DNA from: the human T2T-CHM13v2.0 reference genome, Homo sapiens
Strand: one strand, 5' to 3'
NCBI RefSeq assembly: GCF_009914755.1
Contig: NC_060933.1
DNA length: 64,000 nucleotides
Shown here: positions 53,004-64,000 of the stretch, piece by piece
Layout of the letters: each line of letters begins with the position of its first letter
Position numbering within the stretch: the first letter of the stretch is position 1
The notes under the pieces: model-generated
Database searches by the model: none
What the model was told of the DNA's origin: nothing
The model's input: only the letters and a program-made list of their open reading frames with translations
Program-made: the position numbers and the translations under genes

Positions 53004-55099
53004 AAAGATCAATTGAGTATAATTTCAAAGTTAGATATAAGTTTAATCTTGGAGAAGTTATAATCTTTTCTGGATATGAAATTTGCTTTTAGTATAGGAC
53101 TAATGATTTGTGTGAATTCTGATTTGACATATATTTTTCACTACAATGATGAACCATTCACACTATATGTGGCAGAAAGCAGTGAAAAATGGAAAGTAAA
53201 TTACATTAAAATGAAGGGTTTAAAAAAATCTATGGTGGGTGTAGCTTTAACCTATTGTCCTTGTGTGAAAAATGAAGGTTACCACTTATTTCTTTTAGAG
53301 AAATTTTCAAATACTTGAGAGAAGGAGGGAGAGAGAGAGAGAGTCATGAGCCAAGCACATTTTTTTTTTGTTGTTTAAATTGTTTGAGGTAATACAGGGA
53401 ACTTAAAAAAAACTAATAGCTTGATTTTTTTGTCTGATACAGATTATGTAAAATAGGTACTTCAAAATGATATATGATACATAATGAATATTATTTATAT
53501 TATTCCTCAATTTTAAATAGCAAATAATCCACATAGTATGTTAATTACATAGAAAATGTAAACATACCACATTTGTCCTTAAGTTTATTAATACTCAAAT
53601 ATCTCTGTATATCAAAAAAAATTGAGTAACAATAATTATTTTTAACACTTACCATGTTTATTGCTTGGAGGAATTACCTTACTCCTTAATCATATTCCAG
53701 AAATATTTTGAGTTTAGACTTGGAGAAACAAATTTCTGTCCCAGGGAAGACTTTAAGAAGGCTCTGAAGTATGAGAGAAGAAAATCAAAGTTGTTCAGTA
53801 GTATTTCCATCATTAAACCTTTAAAAATGTTAGTCAAAATCCATTTATTATTTCTGAAGCCTAGAAGACACAGTATGGCAAATTCCCCATAGTACATATT
53901 CTAAACTTTGCCATTCAGGTGGAACTGTTTGAAAAACCACATTTTGTGCTTCACTTCCTTCCTTTTCCTGAGTTTATTCCCTTTTACTTCTATTGGTAGC
54001 ACTTAAAGTGATCCTTCCTGCTTTGAACAATTCACCATGTAAATAAAATAACATCAAAGAACCAGACTTAATACACTCCATTCCAGCATGGGCTCCCACA
54101 GGTTGATCTGAAGGAGACTGAAGAATTAATCACCCAGGATAGAAGCCTCAAGCTTTTCATATGCTTAATGCTCAAGTCACTTTCACAAAAAATGCTCTCC
54201 TTCCCTTTTGTTTTTATGTTTAGTTTTCTAAACACTGTCATTCTGTTTCCGCTTCAGCTCCAGATCCCCAGGATGTCTTGGCACCAAACACATGTAAAAC
54301 AGATAAACACCTTCTTGCACACTCTAACAAGTGCAGCAATTAGTCTCTGAGCACAGCTTGCTCTCCACCATGGCAACTCATTTGGTGCTGTTTGTTATCA
54401 TAGGAAAACAACTTTGAATCAGCAACATTTGTTTGATTCCCCAGTTTTCACCCCTGTTGGCATGGTGGCTTCTGTATATCCTTTTCATATCATAAGTTCT
54501 GCACCTCTAAGAAATGAGCTGCACCCAGCATACAGCACTTGACTCCTGTATGTCACCTTGTCACATTCTCTTGGAACTTTCAGCTCTGGGTAATCTTCAC
54601 TCCATATGGGCTGTGATAACTACTTGCCATGGTGTGAATGATAGATAATTTCAGTCCGGACATTTTTTTCTTTCCTTTTTTTACATAATAGTAGAAACTT
54701 AGCATTAATAATCCTTGTTATATGTTTATAAACAGCCTATATTCCAAGATGCAAAATGTTATTTGCTATATACTCAAGGGGGTATATTTAGCAGGTGAGA
54801 GAACACTTTTCTTCTATTTTCTTGATGCCACAGAGAGGCTAAAGAATTTCTCTGAGTTGTTGCATAAATTGTAAAGTTGGATGTAAAGTCCTTATAAGGT
54901 GTTTATTTTATGTATTACCTTACCTTCCCCAATTATATTATTTCAGAAGTACTGGATTTTTGAAGAGAGTATGCGGGGCTAAAATACGTTGAAATTTGTC
55001 TTCTGTCCTGAAGCATGGTAAAGAAAGTTATGAATAAGAGTGCCTGTTTTCATCAGTGATGTATAATAAACCATATTTTCTTGTGTAAATTAGTATTAT

Positions 55100-55248
55100 T
55101 GTTATTGGTGGCAAATTCATATGGGTCTGCAGTAACCTCAGTTCTTGCCTCCTCAGAAGAAATAATTTGACCAAGGAGGGCATAAGGCAGAAGGACAGAC
55201 CAAGGCAAGTTTTAGAGCAGGAGTGAAAGTTTATTAAAAAGCTTCAGA

Positions 55249-55250
<2 letters not shown>
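55100..55250 (-). mobile_element. ERV1 LTR 3'-end fragment (MER50-like)
   Basis: tgttattggtggcaaattc...cagaagaaataatttgacc...ggcaagttttagagcaggagtgaaagtttattaaaaagc; family name from memory. Confidence 0.65.
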
Positions 55251-56400
<1,150 letters not shown>

Positions 56401-58156
56401 AGGGGCAACTTTGCAGATTTTGGTTTCCTTGGAAATCACAGTCACTAGAAAAACCACACTGACTATTTCTGCTTATTTATGTCCTTGCATTCTGTTGCAA
56501 GGAGAGGATAATGGTATGGGAGAAATATGAGGTTTGATTTCAGAAAAGGTTAGTGAAAACATGTTTTTGCCTTGTGCTTACCATTCAAGGTGTCTTGGAG
56601 AAATTTGTTTTTTTCGCTGGACTTGTTTCCTTCTCTGTTGTAATGCTTATTATAGAGGTACTTACTCACCAAGCTGCTAAGAGGTACAACAGTTGTTATC
56701 AGAATGCCAAGCCAAGTATTTAAATATGTTGATAGGACTGCATTTGATAACGGCACTTAGCAGATCTTTATTGGTTCTGCATATGTCAAAAGCTAGAGTT
56801 CCTTGACGTGACTTAGCCAGTTTAGTCTATGACATTAGAATGTCTGCATCTATAAATATATAAGCCAGACTTAGGCTTTCAAAGATGCTGATGAAGAGCT
56901 ACAGCCATTTTTACTTTGAATGGAACAGAATGATTTTTGTTGTAACTATTATGAAGTCAAATTTATAAACTTGTGAGAATATGTGGTGGAGCTATCCAGC
57001 TAGGTAGTCTTGGTTTCATCCTGGTGGGTTCAGCGTTCTCTAAACACACACTAGTGTTGCAGCTGCTGTGTTGTTAGGCAATGTTATTGGTTTTAGGATG
57101 TTGGACAAATACCTATCAAATGATATGCACAGAGGATTGCATGACAAATATCTGATTTCAAAGATGATAGGAAACATGAAAGCAGGGGCCCAACACTTAT
57201 ATACAGATGAGTACATCTTATAAGTTACAGGTATTTATCTGGTTGTCTTAAGCAAATGTTCGTTATGGCCATCAGTTTACACATTGGTACTCAGCTGTAC
57301 CTTTAGTGATATTTCCTTCTATTCATCCTTCTTTATTCCCGGTATAATCATTCTAAGATAATGTTGGTGTTAAGAGGTCAAAAGCGGGATTCTATCAAAT
57401 GCTCTGAAATATGCAAAAATATGGTTTACATTTTCTAAAGCATGCTTGAGAGGTTCTAACATCTATTGATTTTTTGAAGGTATCTGTTACACACAGATAC
57501 TAAATCCTAGCCCTATATATTACTGTAGAAGGTATTTAAAAAACTGATGAAATGACAAACAAAAGATTGAATCAGCTATATACCAGGAACTATGCTAAAT
57601 TATTTTACATTACTTCTTAATTTCTTAATTGCTCTTATTTCTAGTATTTCTACCAACTCTGTATAGCCTCCCAATTATTCTTCAAAGTGACCCAACCTAT
57701 CATGTCTTTAATTATCATTACATGCTTAGTTTTTAAAGTTGCTTTTTCCTGTTCTTGGTCATCACTTGTGCTAGTGTTCTTTGCTTTCAAACTGTCTTCA
57801 GAATAAGTCAACAGATATTGTGGCAGCTTCTCAAATACAGTAAGTCCCAAGCTAAGTAGGTCATTCCTAAGTGTTCTCAATCCTCCAGTAAAAGTGTTCT
57901 TTTTCTCAGTTTCTCTACTTTTGTCTCTGATTTTTAAAATTTTTCCTTGTGTGTCAGTCTGGAATATTCAAAGTCATTTTGGTTTCTTTTCTTGTCTTCG
58001 CGTTCTTTATCAAATCTGTTCCTAGATTCTATTTTTCCTATCAATTACATCTTTAATTTACCCATTTCTTTGTTCTTCTCAATCCATAACTTAGAGCTTC
58101 AAAATCTATTTCCAAATTATTTTTCAGTGAACACTCTTGCCTTTCCTTGTTGTTTC

Positions 58157-58934
58157 TTTTTTTTTCTTTTTTTCCATTTATTTTATCTTATTTTATTATT
58201 ATTATACTTTAAGTTTTAGGGTACATGTGCACAATATGCAGCTTAGTTACATATGTATACATGTGCCATGCTGGTGTGCTGCACCCATTAACTCGTCATT
58301 TAGCATTAGGTATATCTCCTAAAGCTATCCCTCCCCACTCCCCTAACCCCACAATAGTCCCCAGAGTGTGATGTTGCCCTTCCTGTGTCCATGTGTTCTC
58401 ATTGTTCAATTCCCACCTATGAGTGAGAGTATGCGGTGTTTGGTTTTTTGTTCTTGCGATAGTTTACTGAGAATGATGATTTCCAATTTCATCCATGTCC
58501 CTACAAAGGACATGAACTCATCATTTTTTATGGCTGCATAGTATTCCATGGTGTATATGTGCCACATTTTCTTAATCCAGTCTATCATTGTTGGACATTT
58601 GGGTTGGTTCCAAGTCTTTGCTATTGTGAATAGTGCTGCAATAAACATACGTGTGCATGTGTCTTTATAGCAGCATGATTTATAGTCCTTTGTGCATATA
58701 CCCAGTAATGGGATGGCTGGGTCAAATGGTATTTCTAGTTCTAGATCCCTGAGGAATCGCCACACTGACTTCCACAATGGTCGAACTAGTTTACAGTCCC
58801 ACCAACAGTGTAAAAGTGTTCCTATTTCTCCACATCCTCTCCAGCACCTGTTGTTTCCTGACTTTTTAATGATTGCCATTCTAACTGGTGTGAGATGGTA
58901 TCTCACTGTGGTTTTGATTTGCGTTTCTCTGATG
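58157..58934 (-). mobile_element. Young 5'-truncated L1 (L1PA2/3-like)
   Basis: Poly(T) tail, L1 3' UTR with non-Ta GAG diagnostic, open ORF2 C-terminus (...[18 protein letters not shown]...LSLIGGN*), short TSD tgtttctt. Confidence 0.93.
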
Positions 58935-59319
58935 TTCTGTTTCTTATACTTAAAATACCCTCCTTTCTTCTCTAAGTACATGTACGTATATTCATCTTCC
59001 CAACTCACTTAATTCTATATTCTTTTCAGACGATTCTCATCCATCTAAATCTCTGCTTTCTGTAACTGAATCCTGAATCTTCAGTGTGAGACTACGTAGT
59101 TTAATCCCTTCTTAAGTCCTTATTTCAATTTTGTATTCTCAGATATAATCTCCATAAAGTGAGGAACTGTACTTCTTCCGTATCCCTTTGATATAAAGAG
59201 AAGCATTAGGATGTGGTAGATGTTTATGAAACATTTATGGGTTGACCAAAGGGCTTTCTCAAGACTGTGAAGAAAAAGTAAGAAATCTCTCCACACCTCA
59301 ATGTTAGTCCTCAGTTTTA

Positions 59320-59730
59320 TTCAGTGTGGTGTGCAGTTAAAAACATAAAGTTTGGAATGAGGTATATTTCAGAATTTGTATCTTGACTCCACTACTTGCC
59401 CAAGGGAATTAAATGTGTTAAGCCTAATTTTTTTATTTGTGAAATAAGGATAATTGTATCAACCTCCTGCTGTTGTTGCAAGGGACTAAATGAGATAATA
59501 ATACAAAATTGCTGACCAACATTCGCACATTACTAATACTATACCTGAATAATTTACATGGATATCTAATTTAATGCCTACAGTGATCTTTTGCGGAACA
59601 CTGAGGCATGGGGCTATTATCCTCTTCATTTTACAAAGAAACTAAAGTATAGAGATTAAGTGATTTGCTCAAGATTATAAAGTTCACAAGCAGTGGGATA
59701 GGATTTGAACCCATCATTAAGTTCAAAATA
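59320..59730. mobile_element. Two MIR fragments in opposite orientation
   Basis: Plus-strand core ~59320-59520 (gtgaaataaggataat...aaatgagataata); minus-strand core ~59560-59730 (cattttacaaagaaactaaag...ggatttgaaccc). Confidence 0.55.
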
Positions 59731-60526
59731 TATGCTCCCGATCAGTAAACTATAATATGTATTAGCATTGAACATAATGTCCAGCTCACATTGAGTATTC
59801 ACTATATGATAGCAGTTTTATTAGCATGAAGAATGTGTTTGCTTAACATTTGAGTGCTTGCAAATGAATGAATGAAGGAATAAACACATTCTAGTCTGTC
59901 ATTCTTTTATTAACACAGACATTCATAAACTCTGTATTGTTTAGCAAGATTTTTCTTTTCTAGTAATATATTCTTCAGTAAATGAGACAATTAGGGAATT
60001 CCTCATTATCAGTCCTATGGTCAAATTATAAGTCAAATATACCCTTATTTATCCACACCTCAACATTATAGCACCAAGAATAAACAACCAACTTTATAGC
60101 ACTAAGAATAAGTATCCCATATCTTCATTTGGTTTCTCAAATAGGAAATACTTAGGCGGTAGTGTCTTAAGTCTTGGTGGTAGAATTAACTAATATAACT
60201 ACCTTGAGAATGGTAATTTTACCACTCCAAGTTTTATTCTCCCTATTCCAAAAAAATTCTTTGTTTTACTAGGTTATTATTTCTATTGTTTCTCCCAAAG
60301 ATTTTCAGTTAGGTCTAAATGAGGTAATCACATGTATTCTTATTTTTTGAAACAAAGAAAGAACCCCTATGGGAACATTAATTTAGTTTTCAAGTATTTT
60401 AATAACTCAAGTTGTTTATTATCTGTCTCCACCAACATTTTATTTCTTTGTTTCTTCTAACGGAAAGCTTTTTCCTTTTTTTTTTCCCTGAAAACAATGT
60501 GCAACATTCTTAGAGGAGGGCTGGCT

Positions 60527-64000
<3,474 letters not shown>

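Noticed and set aside
58406-59008. 200-aa ORF fusing unique flank to the L1 ORF2 cysteine-rich C-terminus
   Set aside because: The L1 is young, so an open frame is expected; the flank start is GTG or a weak-context ATG and no promoter is evident.

Overview
This is primate, almost certainly human, genomic DNA, recognised from its protein as the DMRTA1 (DMRT4) locus on 9p21.3. The only intact protein-coding gene is DMRTA1 (+ strand). It has two coding exons, 17479-18145 and 21477-22324, which splice in phase 1 to give 504 aa with a DM domain and a DMA domain, and it starts in a CpG island. Upstream, a two-LTR HERV9/ERV9 provirus (4111-12276, +, LTR12-type) has a tRNA-Arg PBS, broken gag-pro-pol, no integrase and only the TM/tail end of env. 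It is inserted into an old antisense L1. Downstream lies an ancient ERV-L-class provirus on the minus strand (~26170-31360), followed by a gene-poor stretch of L1, L2, MIR, Alu and MaLR repeats. I found no convincing new multi-gene system. The best leads are regulatory or structural: an in-frame 81-nt Alu cassette-exon candidate in the DMRTA1 intron, a possible LTR12-driven DMRTA1 isoform, two LTRs of one provirus whose 267-bp length difference is fully explained by repeat copy number plus one 20-bp indel, a divergent CTCF motif pair, and two twin-primed inverted L1s, one of which has lost its 3' end. Repeat subfamily names come from memory of consensus sequences. Boundaries of old repeats are approximate.
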